DNA from: a virus
Length of the DNA: 64,000 nt
IMG/VR virus record: IMGVR_UViG_3300006754_000011
Span: 10,206-74,205 of that record
Strand: one strand, 5' to 3'
Below the pieces are notes generated by a model. The model was not told the origin of the DNA. It saw only the letters and a program-made list of their open reading frames with translations, and made no database searches. Made by a program: the position numbers and the translations under genes. Numbering within the stretch: position 1 is the first letter of the stretch; every line of letters begins with the position of its first letter. Positions 1-9,801 of this stretch are shown piece by piece.

Positions 1-54
1 ATTCCTTCTCCTGATCGTCGTCCTGGTGATCGTGTAAGGAATGATCGTACAAGC

Positions 55-630
55 ATGGTCGTTCAAGCAAGTGCTGCTCGTCCTGCATATATTTATGGTG
101 CTTCTATTGCTGTCGGTCAGGATATTCCTGCTGGTGGTCTAGCAACATATCCTGCGTCTCCTGTAACCGCTGGTCTCGGCGCTACTACAGGTGAGCTTCT
201 ACTATTAGGTCCAGCCAACAGCGCTGTACCTTATGGTGTACCAACTGCACAGCTCAATGGTTTAGCTGCTGCTTCTTCTTCACTTACTGCAGCTAGTTCT
301 GCATTTGCAGAAGGTGCTGCTGATACAACCACAGGTGATGTACCTTTCTGGACAACTGTAACTTCTACCATTGCTCGCGCTGATGCTGCGAATTCAATGA
401 TGTATAAAGTGACAGCAGATACTACGATGAAAGTTTTCAACGTAGACGCTATTACTGATACTTCTGTATCTGGTGATGGTGTATACATCAGTCAGGCTGA
501 TTCAGACGCTGGACGCGCTGGATATATTCTTGGTCGTGTCAACTATCTACGTCCTGCAACCAATGTATCTTGGAATGATATTCAAGAATTCATTGACTTT
601 GCTTCTCAAGTAGGTGGAAACGACGAGTAA
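55..630 (+). CDS. Probable virion (capsid-associated) protein; may begin upstream of the window
   Basis: Ala/Thr/Gly-rich ORF followed by a strong terminator, ahead of head/neck-type genes. Confidence 0.45.
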   Translation: MVVQASAARPAYIYGASIAVGQDIPAGGLATYPASPVTAGLGATTGELLLLGPANSAVPYGVPTAQLNGLAAASSSLTAASSAFAEGAADTTTGDVPFWTTVTSTIARADAANSMMYKVTADTTMKVFNVDAITDTSVSGDGVYISQADSDAGRAGYILGRVNYLRPATNVSWNDIQEFIDFASQVGGNDE

Positions 631-647
631 TCTAGATTTATAGATTA

Positions 648-685
648 AAAAAAGAAAGACTAGTCTTAATGGCTAGTCTTTTTTA
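648..685. terminator. Intrinsic terminator, possibly bidirectional
   Basis: AAAGACTAGTC-ttaat-GGCTAGTCTTT hairpin with a T-run after and an A-run before. Confidence 0.8.
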
Positions 686-736
686 TTGCTCTAAAGATTA
701 ATCAAGGTATTGTACTAATAGTCAATTTAGATAGTA

Positions 737-1177
737 ATGCTTTACCAGTACAAGCCAACTGGGTCTCTTGTCGAGAAAATTTCTCAACATGGGGATGGAA
801 TCATAATGTGTATAGATTCGCAAGATGAAGTTCTCTATGTTGAAGAAAGTGAATTAGTTCCTCATTTAGATGCGACAAGTGACCAAGTTAAAACAGAAGA
901 ACGTCTTACAGAACAATTAAAAGCAGAAGGTGTTAATCCAGCAAAACCAACAAAAAAAGAAACTTTTCCAATTGATGTTAGATTAAATGTCAATACTGCC
1001 AGTGCAAGACAGATAGCTGATGCGTTGCCTGGTGTAGGATTAAAGACAGCCAGGGATATTAAGGACTTACAAAGTTCTATGCTTGGTGAAAAGTTCATCA
1101 AATTAGAACAGCTTAAATCTATTAAGCGTGTTGATTGGGATGAATTAATTAAAGAGAATCTTATTCGCGTTGAATAA
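737..1177 (+). CDS. Helix-hairpin-helix (ComEA-like) DNA-binding protein
   Basis: RLNVNTASARQIADALPGVGLKTARDI...LEQLKSIKRV motif. Confidence 0.75.
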   Translation: MLYQYKPTGSLVEKISQHGDGIIMCIDSQDEVLYVEESELVPHLDATSDQVKTEERLTEQLKAEGVNPAKPTKKETFPIDVRLNVNTASARQIADALPGVGLKTARDIKDLQSSMLGEKFIKLEQLKSIKRVDWDELIKENLIRVE

Positions 1178-1656
1178 TGCAACTTGATAGCTTTCTTAAG
1201 TCTAAAATTCGTTGGCATCTAGGTTATAACCAAACCTCAATACCTGCTGGCGACCTTGCAAGACTTGAAGAAGCTCTTGATAATATTCAAGATTCTTTCT
1301 GGTATTCAAAAATAACTGAACAAATTACCCGTTGTGATGAAGCTGAGAAGCGGACTGATATGACAGGTAGTGTTAATAATTGGAACACCCCAGCAGGAAG
1401 AAGAGAAAATATTGCAGGTGATGTTGACCGTACAGTTAGTACAACAGATTACAAAGATACTTTACGAGCATGGAATACAATATATTTATATGAAACAGAT
1501 CGTTTAGCACAACATTTATATGTCCCGAATTATCGAAATCCTGAACAAGCCAGATATCGTTTTGAAAGAGAAGGTGCAGAGTTTATACAAGCTCTTCCTG
1601 GTCCAGCTGATGTGGCAATAGGTACGCGAATGATGCTAGCAACATCTTCTCGATAA
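1177..1656 (+). CDS. Putative head-tail connector/neck protein
   Basis: Position, size, translational coupling (TAATG), N-terminal KIRWHLG. Confidence 0.4.
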   Translation: MQLDSFLKSKIRWHLGYNQTSIPAGDLARLEEALDNIQDSFWYSKITEQITRCDEAEKRTDMTGSVNNWNTPAGRRENIAGDVDRTVSTTDYKDTLRAWNTIYLYETDRLAQHLYVPNYRNPEQARYRFEREGAEFIQALPGPADVAIGTRMMLATSSR

Positions 1657-1697
1657 AAATATGCGTTAAAATAGTTATATAAATAGGATATTTTCTA

Positions 1698-1877
1698 ATG
1701 GCTAAAGGTAAAATGCCACCTCAGTTACTTGAATATTTTAAGAAAAAAGTATCAAAAGAGAACGGAGACAAACCAGAGACAGATGAATCTAAACGTTCAG
1801 AAGCACTGTCTAAAGCTAAAGCGAAAATAGAAGAAAAGAATTCTCAATCACGTGCTAAAAAAGAAACAACTAATTAA
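1698..1877 (+). CDS. Small basic protein (59 aa, MAKGKMPPQLLEYFKKK...), absent from the ORF track
   Basis: ATG 1698 to TAA 1877; -10-like TAAAAT at 1667. Confidence 0.6.
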   Translation: MAKGKMPPQLLEYFKKKVSKENGDKPETDESKRSEALSKAKAKIEEKNSQSRAKKETTN

Positions 1878-2028
1878 AAAGGCATTACAACAACCTGATT
1901 TATATACCTCTGCTGAATTAATCTATTTAAAACTTTGGAAAACAGAAAAAAAACGTTTGAAAAAGCTTAGAAAAGTTAAGAAGAAATCTAATTAGAGTAG
2001 AATAAATCATAGTAAAGGTAACAAAAAA

Positions 2029-2817
2029 TTGGCATCCACTTCTACGAATAAGCAACCAATGCTGCTGGATAGACCAGCAACAGAAAGTACATTGGTTACA
2101 GTTGCGTCAGGTCAACTCTTTTCAACAAGTTTAATTCCTACTGCTGTTGGTAATACAACTAAAGTTTTTGATGTAGATTCTGCATTATCAGATAGTTCTA
2201 TTAGTGGTGCATATATTGATGAAATCTGGATTCGTTATACTAAAGATGTAGCTATATTTATAGATGCACAAGGAGCAGGTGCTGCAACATATACACAAAA
2301 TAATGGCTCAGGCGGTGCAGGAAATATATTAACTGTTACTCTTGCTAACCATAATTTCAAAGTAGGTCAAAAAGTTTATTGTGATTTTACATCAGGTACT
2401 GGAGTTGACCAAACAATTACAACTACTGCAGTAACTCCAACAACTTTTACAGCTACAGCTAATAATTCAATTAATGATACAGGTAACGTTAGTGTTTATA
2501 CTCCTGTTGACATTTGTTTTTATCTATTAAATGTGGGAACCATTACTAATGTTAATCAATTCTTTCCTTTATTTATAGCGAATATAGAAGCAGTTGTTGA
2601 TGATCAAAATTATAGTTTGACTTTAAAAGAAAAACTTCCTTTTATTAATACTCCAGTTCCACATTCAGGAGATAATTTCGGAACACAATTTAATGAAGTG
2701 TCACCTAAAACACGTGGTTTAATTCTTCCAACAGGTACAGCTTTATACGCATCTGTAAGTGGAACAACTGCTTTAACTAACGGTTTCTATGTTAATGTCC
2801 AAGGTGGATATTATTAA
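2029..2817 (+). CDS. Virion structural protein with one beta-repeat (TVTLANHNFKVGQKVYCDFTSG)
   Basis: Thr-rich; repeat shared with 3027..5342. Confidence 0.5.
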   Translation: MASTSTNKQPMLLDRPATESTLVTVASGQLFSTSLIPTAVGNTTKVFDVDSALSDSSISGAYIDEIWIRYTKDVAIFIDAQGAGAATYTQNNGSGGAGNILTVTLANHNFKVGQKVYCDFTSGTGVDQTITTTAVTPTTFTATANNSINDTGNVSVYTPVDICFYLLNVGTITNVNQFFPLFIANIEAVVDDQNYSLTLKEKLPFINTPVPHSGDNFGTQFNEVSPKTRGLILPTGTALYASVSGTTALTNGFYVNVQGGYY

Positions 2818-3026
2818 ACATGGAAGAGTTAGATAAGTTTAGAAAAGAATTTGGATATGAAGATTTAACTTCTTCTTATAAAGATCCTTGTGGAGATATT
2901 GGAGTAAAAAATATGAATGCCATGAACTGGTGTAGAGCTAATGATATTGCTACAAAATGGCAACAAGGAACAAGATGGGGACCTAGGACTCAATATCCTA
3001 ATCCAGCTCAGAAACATCGTTAATAA

Positions 3027-5342
3027 ATGCCTAGGAAAACCGCAAGTTTTGGTGCATCTTTTGATACATCTTTTCAAAAAATGTCAGGTGGTTTTGATAG
3101 GGGCTTAACAGATTACAAAGAAAAGATAGCTTTTGAAGCTCTTAAACCTTATCAATTTTTTCCACCAGGTGAACAACCTGAATACAGTCCTATTCGTTTT
3201 TATGATCAAGACGGATCATGGGTTAGATGGAGACGTGGGTATGAACTTTATTGTATAACTCAAAGTTATTTAGGCTCAAGTGCTAAAGAAAGAAATAGTC
3301 GTGGAGATTTCAGAATGTATCTTACATTTGAATTATTTCCTGGTCTATTTATTCCTGCTCGAATTTTTACCTTTCCAAGTAGTGGGCCTGAATATGGAGA
3401 ATATACTGTAGGGATCAGAGATACAAATGGATTTAATTTTTATAATGTTGGATTACCTATTGATTCAGTTAGATATTTAACAGCACCTAAAGCTGCTACA
3501 TATAATAAAACTGGTACAACAGTTGTAGTTACTCTTATTGATCATGGTTTACGTGTTGGCGAAAGTGTCTATTTAGATTACACCTCTGGTACAGCAGTTG
3601 ATGAAACATTAACTATTTCTTCAGTCACTAATAATACATTTACATGTACTAGTTCTGTCTCAGTTACTACTGGTGGAAATGTGCAAGTACGTCAACAATT
3701 TGCTGATACAGCTGAAGGATTTGCAGATACCCGTTGGACAGAACAAAGAGTAACAGTACGTTTTTTACCAACACCAGTTACATTATTTAAAGGAGAACGT
3801 TTAGCAGATCGTGTCATAGAACGTGATCCTGGAATAGCTTGTACTTATTCTCAATCAACATTTACGATTACGGTTACATGTGCTTCAGCACACGGCCTAT
3901 CTACAGGCAATAAAGTTTTCCTTAACATAACCAGTGGGAATGGTATAACTAATATTTATACAATTACAGTAACAAGTGTCACACAATTTACAGTAATTTC
4001 TAGTGCCAGTACAACAACAAGTGGAGCAGGCACTGTTGATAGAAGAATTAAAGGATATGATTATAACAATTATGTAGGATATACAGTAACTGGAGTAGAT
4101 TTAACTACTAATGAAATACTATTCCAACGTGAGGATAGTTATGGAACAAAAATAGTTAGTGATAAAGCTACAACATCAGTACCCGCTCATCGAGGATTTC
4201 TTACTAGTTCTAAAAGATTTTTAACAACTGAAATTCGTTATCAATGTAATTGTCCTGACTTTATGCGGCGTAAAGATTACAATTTATATAAGAAAACGGA
4301 TGAAGAAAGATTTCCTCGTACAGGGATTAGTTCTGTAGTTCCTGGATCAAGACAAGATAAAGAAGGCGACATTATAAATACTAGAGATGATATTGGTGTT
4401 TTTAGTGACTTTGGATATTCACCTGTTAGTAATTTCTATCAAATACCAACGTATGATGATACGTCCGATTCTTCTTTCATGAGTTTACAGTACTATCAAA
4501 CACGTTGGTGCAAACATATTTATGCAGCAATGTTTTCAATAGTACATGATGAAGGTAATGAAAAATTTAGTTTAAAAGCTACTTACACACAAACAGGAAC
4601 AAATGTTACTGTTACATATATAAATCATGATCTATTAGCTAATACAAGAATAAAAATAGACTTCACTAGTGGTGATCTTATAGATGGTGAATACACAATA
4701 ACTTCAGTTATAGATGCTAATAACTTTGTTATTGTCTATCCTTATATAGGCACTTCTAGTGGTTATTGCACAATTAAGAATTTAAATATGCATGAATATG
4801 TAGGTACTTGGTTATTAGAACCTAATGATCAACCTGTCGGAGATGCCTTGAATATTTTTTATAAACGTTTTGAGAAAGAACAAGATAGAACTAAAAAAGC
4901 AGCCGAAAGAATGTCAATGATGGGCTATGGATTGCCTTGGAAAGGTAATAGAGAGATTAAAGAGGGAGCAAGTAACTTACCAGAAGAGATAGCTGAATTT
5001 AATCCAAATCTTGTCACCATGAAATTAGTTGATGCTGTTAAAAGAGAAGATAAAAAATTAACTCGCGATGGAATATTAATGAATAAAGCAGCAACAACTT
5101 TAATGACAATGCAAAAAGTTTTAAATTTAGATTTTGATTTAATTGAAGATATACGTATAGGAATGCTTACTCAGCCTTTAATTAACTATACAGACGATTT
5201 TCAATTTGGTGAAGTAGAAGGAGGTACCTATTTAAATGGAATACCTGATACAGGAAGTGGGGTCAGTAAAATGGATTGTTCAACATATAATCCTGTTGTT
5301 TTCCAAGATATGAATGTAGATTCCAATATCTATATCAACTAG
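3027..5342 (+). CDS. Large structural-like protein with three beta-repeats and a SWIM-like Zn finger
   Basis: HGL/HDL..G..V.LD.TSG repeats; YQCNCPDF...WCKHIYAA. Confidence 0.55.
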   Translation: MPRKTASFGASFDTSFQKMSGGFDRGLTDYKEKIAFEALKPYQFFPPGEQPEYSPIRFYDQDGSWVRWRRGYELYCITQSYLGSSAKERNSRGDFRMYLTFELFPGLFIPARIFTFPSSGPEYGEYTVGIRDTNGFNFYNVGLPIDSVRYLTAPKAATYNKTGTTVVVTLIDHGLRVGESVYLDYTSGTAVDETLTISSVTNNTFTCTSSVSVTTGGNVQVRQQFADTAEGFADTRWTEQRVTVRFLPTPVTLFKGERLADRVIERDPGIACTYSQSTFTITVTCASAHGLSTGNKVFLNITSGNGITNIYTITVTSVTQFTVISSASTTTSGAGTVDRRIKGYDYNNYVGYTVTGVDLTTNEILFQREDSYGTKIVSDKATTSVPAHRGFLTSSKRFLTTEIRYQCNCPDFMRRKDYNLYKKTDEERFPRTGISSVVPGSRQDKEGDIINTRDDIGVFSDFGYSPVSNFYQIPTYDDTSDSSFMSLQYYQTRWCKHIYAAMFSIVHDEGNEKFSLKATYTQTGTNVTVTYINHDLLANTRIKIDFTSGDLIDGEYTITSVIDANNFVIVYPYIGTSSGYCTIKNLNMHEYVGTWLLEPNDQPVGDALNIFYKRFEKEQDRTKKAAERMSMMGYGLPWKGNREIKEGASNLPEEIAEFNPNLVTMKLVDAVKREDKKLTRDGILMNKAATTLMTMQKVLNLDFDLIEDIRIGMLTQPLINYTDDFQFGEVEGGTYLNGIPDTGSGVSKMDCSTYNPVVFQDMNVDSNIYIN

Positions 5343-5351
5343 AAATTTGCT

Positions 5352-5780
5352 ATGACCATTCAGATTCTTAGTCGAAGATCTTCTCTCCTTAACGACAGGC
5401 CTGTACCAACTCGAATAGGAGCTGGAGAGCTTTGTGTTAATACGAATGCAAGCGATCCTGGACTTTATTTTGCAGATAATACAGCCTCTCCTAGTACAGG
5501 ATTAATTAAAGCTGGTCCTGTTCATATCGGTTCAACACAGCCAAATAATTCTCCAACAGGCTTTACTAGTTTTTCAAAAGGAGAACAATGGTTAGATACA
5601 GCCAGTACACACGTTTTAAAAATACATGATGGAACTAGTTGGCAGCTTCCAAAAGCAATAGCATCTGTAACTAGCTCAGGTTATCCTTCTAATCCTGTTA
5701 ATGGACAACTCCACTATAACGAAACAACCCCTGCTTTATATATTTATAGAACAAGTACAAGTACTTGGGTTGCTATTTAG
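5352..5780 (+). CDS. Tail fibre-related protein
   Basis: GELCVNT, GEQWLDT, PSNPVNGQLHYN motifs typical of fibre N-terminal modules. Confidence 0.55.
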   Translation: MTIQILSRRSSLLNDRPVPTRIGAGELCVNTNASDPGLYFADNTASPSTGLIKAGPVHIGSTQPNNSPTGFTSFSKGEQWLDTASTHVLKIHDGTSWQLPKAIASVTSSGYPSNPVNGQLHYNETTPALYIYRTSTSTWVAI

Positions 5781-6036
5781 ATTTTTGTGAAATGAGATAA
5801 GCATTCAAAAATTCCCAAATCTTATCTAATTTTTGATTAACACTGTTCATTTCACGGATAAGATCTTGTTTCATAACATAATCTCGAAGCATATCATCTT
5901 CGACTCGGTTAATTTTTTGTTCTAATTTATAAAAGCGTTTTTGCAATTTATCATTAAATCCATTTATAGCTCTAACAACTCCAGCAAAAGCTGCTAGAGC
6001 ACTTGTAATAGCAATAGCAATTACTTCTGGAGTCAT
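5773..6036 (-). CDS. Small membrane-anchored coiled-coil protein
   Basis: N-terminal TM helix followed by a heptad-rich region. Confidence 0.55.
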   Translation of the reverse strand: MTPEVIAIAITSALAAFAGVVRAINGFNDKLQKRFYKLEQKINRVEDDMLRDYVMKQDLIREMNSVNQKLDKIWEFLNAYLISQKSK

Positions 6037-6092
6037 TCTTTTATTCTAAAGGATTTAACAACTTAGAATAAGAAACAAGTATCGAAGATTAT

Positions 6093-6620
6093 ATGGCCTC
6101 ATACGAGCCAAATGTGGAAGGTGCAATAAATGCACTTATAGATTTAATGACCGCTAATGCGTTTACGATGACACGTAAACCATATGCAAATAATTATCGT
6201 GGATTAGTAGATGCAGTTGTTGATTTAAAAGAAGGCTTTCCTACATTTTCTCCTGTTCGTGTTGGATTTGATGCGACGACCTTTGAAGCAGTCACTAATG
6301 GGGATGCATTATATATGCGTACATCAGATGGACAAGTAGGAAAAGCAACTGCTGCTGCTGGAGGTTCAGAGGCTGCAAGTGTTGTTGGATTTGCGGATAG
6401 CACTGTTGGTTCTTCTAATACAGTCAAAGTTGTTGTTATTGGTGTTAAAACTCTTTCAGGATTAGATGCTGGAGATCTTTATTATTTATCTCCAACTACA
6501 GCAGGAGCAATGACAACAACAGCTCCTTCAGGTTCAGGACAAGCTGTTACTCGTTTAGGTGAAGCAGCGACTACTGCAGATTTTAGTATTCAAATTGAAC
6601 CACCTATACTTCTTGTCTGA
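6093..6620 (+). CDS. Virion protein, paralog of 6620..7090
   Basis: Shared GDALYMR.SDGQVGKA / GLDAGDLYYLS / RLGEA motifs. Confidence 0.55.
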   Translation: MASYEPNVEGAINALIDLMTANAFTMTRKPYANNYRGLVDAVVDLKEGFPTFSPVRVGFDATTFEAVTNGDALYMRTSDGQVGKATAAAGGSEAASVVGFADSTVGSSNTVKVVVIGVKTLSGLDAGDLYYLSPTTAGAMTTTAPSGSGQAVTRLGEAATTADFSIQIEPPILLV

Positions 6621-7090
6621 TGCCAAATCCAGGAGTTCTTGATCATGAACCATATGAATCTAATGATGTTGGCTTAATTGGCGCATTAATAGATTTAAAA
6701 GAAACAATGGCCGATAAACAGGTTTACTCTGTTGTTGGTTATCGTTCTATAGCTTTTGAAAATGTCGCTCAAGGTGAGGCACTTTATGCAAGAAGTAGTG
6801 ATGGAAAAGTAGGAAAAGCAATAGCTAATGATACTTTTGATAAAGCATTAGTAGCAGGGTTTGCTGAAACAACAAAAAGTACAGGAGAAACAGTTCAAAT
6901 TGTAGTTAGAGGTTTACTTGCAACATCAGGATTAGATCAAGGTGATGATTATTATTTATCTGCTGCTTCAGCAGGTTCTATTACAAAAACACCGCCCTCA
7001 TCTGCTAGTCAATATTTAACGCGTATTGGCGAAGCTGCAGGGTCAACTCAATTAATTATTAAGGTTGATCCTCCTGTTCTTTTACGTTAA
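6620..7090 (+). CDS. Virion protein, paralog of 6093..6620
   Basis: GEALYARSSDGKVGKA / GLDQGDDYYLS / RIGEA. Confidence 0.55.
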   Translation: MPNPGVLDHEPYESNDVGLIGALIDLKETMADKQVYSVVGYRSIAFENVAQGEALYARSSDGKVGKAIANDTFDKALVAGFAETTKSTGETVQIVVRGLLATSGLDQGDDYYLSAASAGSITKTPPSSASQYLTRIGEAAGSTQLIIKVDPPVLLR

Positions 7091-7166
7091 AAACTTTAGT
7101 CATCGTAAGATAGAAACAATGAGCAGTTCCCTATTGATAACGAACTCCAGAAGATTGGATTAAAAC

Positions 7167-9038
7167 ATGGCAACTAGAAATCCACTAATAATTGTCTCTG
7201 GATTATTCCAAGAGTTAAATACTTCATCAGACAAATTAAATTTCGCTGGAAATACTACAGCTGATCTTAGTGAAAATACTAATCTTTACTATACAAACGC
7301 TAGAGCAAGAGGCGCTGTTTCAATAACAGATAGTGGAGGTGACGGCAGTTTAGCTTATAACAGCGGTACAGGAGTTATTACATATACTGGACCATCTGCT
7401 TCAGAAGTTAGAGCACATATCAGTGTTGCATCTGGTTCAGGTCTAACTTATTCATCTGGAGAAATAGGAACAAGTGCAATTCCTAATGCTCAGTTAGCAA
7501 ATGATGATGTAACAGTTGGTAGTACAGCGATTGCTTTAGGTGCTACAGCTGGAACTATTACAGGCTTAACTTCTTTAGCATCAGGAACTTTAATAGCAGG
7601 TGTAGAAGATGCAGCAAATGCTATTGAAATTACTAGTGGAAGTATTATTTTTGAAGGATCGACTGCAGATGCTTATGAAATATCACTAACAGCAACTGAT
7701 GCATCCGGTTCAGACAAGACGATTACACTGCCTGATGCGACAGGTACAGTTGCTCTTACAAGTGATATTGTTTATCCAGTAACTACTTCTAATTCAGTTA
7801 CTCTTACTAATAAGACAATTGCTCTAGGAAGCAATACAATTTCAGGAACTACTGCACAATTCAATACTGCATTAACAGATGGAAGTTTTGTAACTTTAGC
7901 TGGATCTGAAACACTAACTAATAAAACTTTAACTTCACCAGCAATTAATTCAGGAATATTAGATGCTCCAACATTAAAAGCTACTTCCGCTACTGTTGCA
8001 GGTAAGATTTTATTTAAAGAAGGTACAGATAATGGAACAAATACAGTAACTTTACTTGGAGCTGCTGCTACTGCAGATGTAACTCTTACTCTTCCAGCAG
8101 AAACAGGAACAGTACTTTCAACAGGCTCTTCTATTGCCAATAGTAATCTTGCTAACAGTTCAGTAACAATAGGATCAACAGCTGTAAGTCTTGGAGCAAC
8201 AACAGCATCCCTTGCAGGAGTTACTTCTATAACTTCCGCTGCTGTAGTTACTGACGATGATGGATTTAGAGTTCGAGATAACTCTGACGCAACTAAACAA
8301 TTAGCTTTTGAATGCTCAGGAATTACGACTAGTACAACACGTACTATGACTATTCCTGACGCAGACGGAACGATCGCAACGCAAGCATATGTTAATGCAC
8401 AGATAACAGCAGAAGATCTTGATGTAAGCGATGGAACTACTGCTATTTCTATTGATTTAAATTCAGAAACACTAACACTTGCTGGAGGTACAGGTGTAAC
8501 AAGTACAGCAGCTACTAATACAGTTACTTTTGCAATTGACGCAACAGTTGCTACCTTGGCTGGTTCACAGACCTTAACAAATAAAACAATAACTGCACCT
8601 ACTGTTTCTTCATTAACTCTTAGTGACGCATCAATTATTTTTGAAGGTGCTACTGCGAATCTTCATGAAACAACAGTTACAGTTACTGATCCAACAGGTG
8701 ATAGAACAATCACATTGCCTGATACAACAGGTACAGTTTCTTTAATTACAGCTACAGAAACTCTTACAAATAAAACACTTACAGATCCTACAATTAATGC
8801 AGCTACAGTAACAGGAACAGTAGCTTCAACTGCCACTGTTACTGGAACATTAGACCTGACTGGATGTGTTTTAGCAGGAGCTAGTCCTTTAGTTTTTGAA
8901 GGTGCTAGTGCTAATGCTCACGAAACTACATTTGCTTTTGTAGATCCAACAGCAGATCGAACAATTACTTTCCCAGATGATTCTGGAACTATGTCAACTG
9001 AAAGTTTCGCTACTGCAATTGCAGTTGCATTAGGATAA
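7167..9038 (+). CDS. Long tail fibre-like protein with internal repeats
   Basis: Repeated TLTNKTLT and FEG.TA...ET...DPT.DRTITLPD motifs; Thr/Ala/Ser-rich. Confidence 0.75.
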   Translation: MATRNPLIIVSGLFQELNTSSDKLNFAGNTTADLSENTNLYYTNARARGAVSITDSGGDGSLAYNSGTGVITYTGPSASEVRAHISVASGSGLTYSSGEIGTSAIPNAQLANDDVTVGSTAIALGATAGTITGLTSLASGTLIAGVEDAANAIEITSGSIIFEGSTADAYEISLTATDASGSDKTITLPDATGTVALTSDIVYPVTTSNSVTLTNKTIALGSNTISGTTAQFNTALTDGSFVTLAGSETLTNKTLTSPAINSGILDAPTLKATSATVAGKILFKEGTDNGTNTVTLLGAAATADVTLTLPAETGTVLSTGSSIANSNLANSSVTIGSTAVSLGATTASLAGVTSITSAAVVTDDDGFRVRDNSDATKQLAFECSGITTSTTRTMTIPDADGTIATQAYVNAQITAEDLDVSDGTTAISIDLNSETLTLAGGTGVTSTAATNTVTFAIDATVATLAGSQTLTNKTITAPTVSSLTLSDASIIFEGATANLHETTVTVTDPTGDRTITLPDTTGTVSLITATETLTNKTLTDPTINAATVTGTVASTATVTGTLDLTGCVLAGASPLVFEGASANAHETTFAFVDPTADRTITFPDDSGTMSTESFATAIAVALG

Positions 9039-9042
9039 TCTT

Positions 9043-9447
9043 ATGGCCACCCAAGTACAATTCCGAAGAGGAACAACAGGAGAAAATGACAACTTTAAAG
9101 GAGTTGTTGGAGAAATTACTGTTGATACATCTATAAATACTGTTCGTATTCATGACGGGAGTGTTGTCGGAGGTTTCCCTTTATTACGAAATGATGGCAG
9201 TAATTGTGAACTAGCAATTGGTTCATTAACAAGTTGTGCTTTAAAATTTGCAGGAGATCCTAATACTGGAGTTATTAGACCAGGTGCTGACCAATTAGGT
9301 TTAGTTACTGGAGGAGTTGCTAGGCTTACAATAGATGCAGCAGGCGCTATTACTATTCCAGGGAATTTAAATATCTCAGGAAATCTAAGTGTAACTGGTG
9401 CCGCCAGCATCGGTGACCAACTCGCTCTTATACTCGCATTAAGCTAA
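9043..9447 (+). CDS. Tail fibre protein with Mtd-N/hyaluronidase-N-like domain
   Basis: QVQFRRGTT...GEITVDT...IHDG...GGFPL. Confidence 0.65.
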   Translation: MATQVQFRRGTTGENDNFKGVVGEITVDTSINTVRIHDGSVVGGFPLLRNDGSNCELAIGSLTSCALKFAGDPNTGVIRPGADQLGLVTGGVARLTIDAAGAITIPGNLNISGNLSVTGAASIGDQLALILALS

Positions 9448-9789
9448 ATGGCAAATACTTTCAAAATTGAAACTAAATCGAGTGTTGTAACAGATGCAGT
9501 TACCCATTCAAACTCAAATGTATTATCCGCTGGAGGGTCAGCTACATTAATTCTTTTAAGTATATTAATTTCAAATAAAACAGGTTCTAGTGTTGATGCA
9601 GATGTTTATTTAGTTACAAGTTCAGGTGATGATATTTATATCATTAAGACAGCTCCTATACCTGCGGGATCATCTCTTGAACTTATTAGCGGAAGTAAAG
9701 TAGTTATGGAATCGAGTGATATTCTACGAATACGAGCAGGAACTGCGACTTCATTAGACGCTTCTATTAGTTATCTTGAACAAACATAA
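9448..9789 (+). CDS. Small virion structural protein
   Basis: MANTFK...IKTAPIPAGSSLELISGSKVV...SISYLE, a pattern common in cyanophage fibre loci. Confidence 0.55.
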   Translation: MANTFKIETKSSVVTDAVTHSNSNVLSAGGSATLILLSILISNKTGSSVDADVYLVTSSGDDIYIIKTAPIPAGSSLELISGSKVVMESSDILRIRAGTATSLDASISYLEQT

Positions 9790-9801
9790 GGGGGACTAAT
9801 A

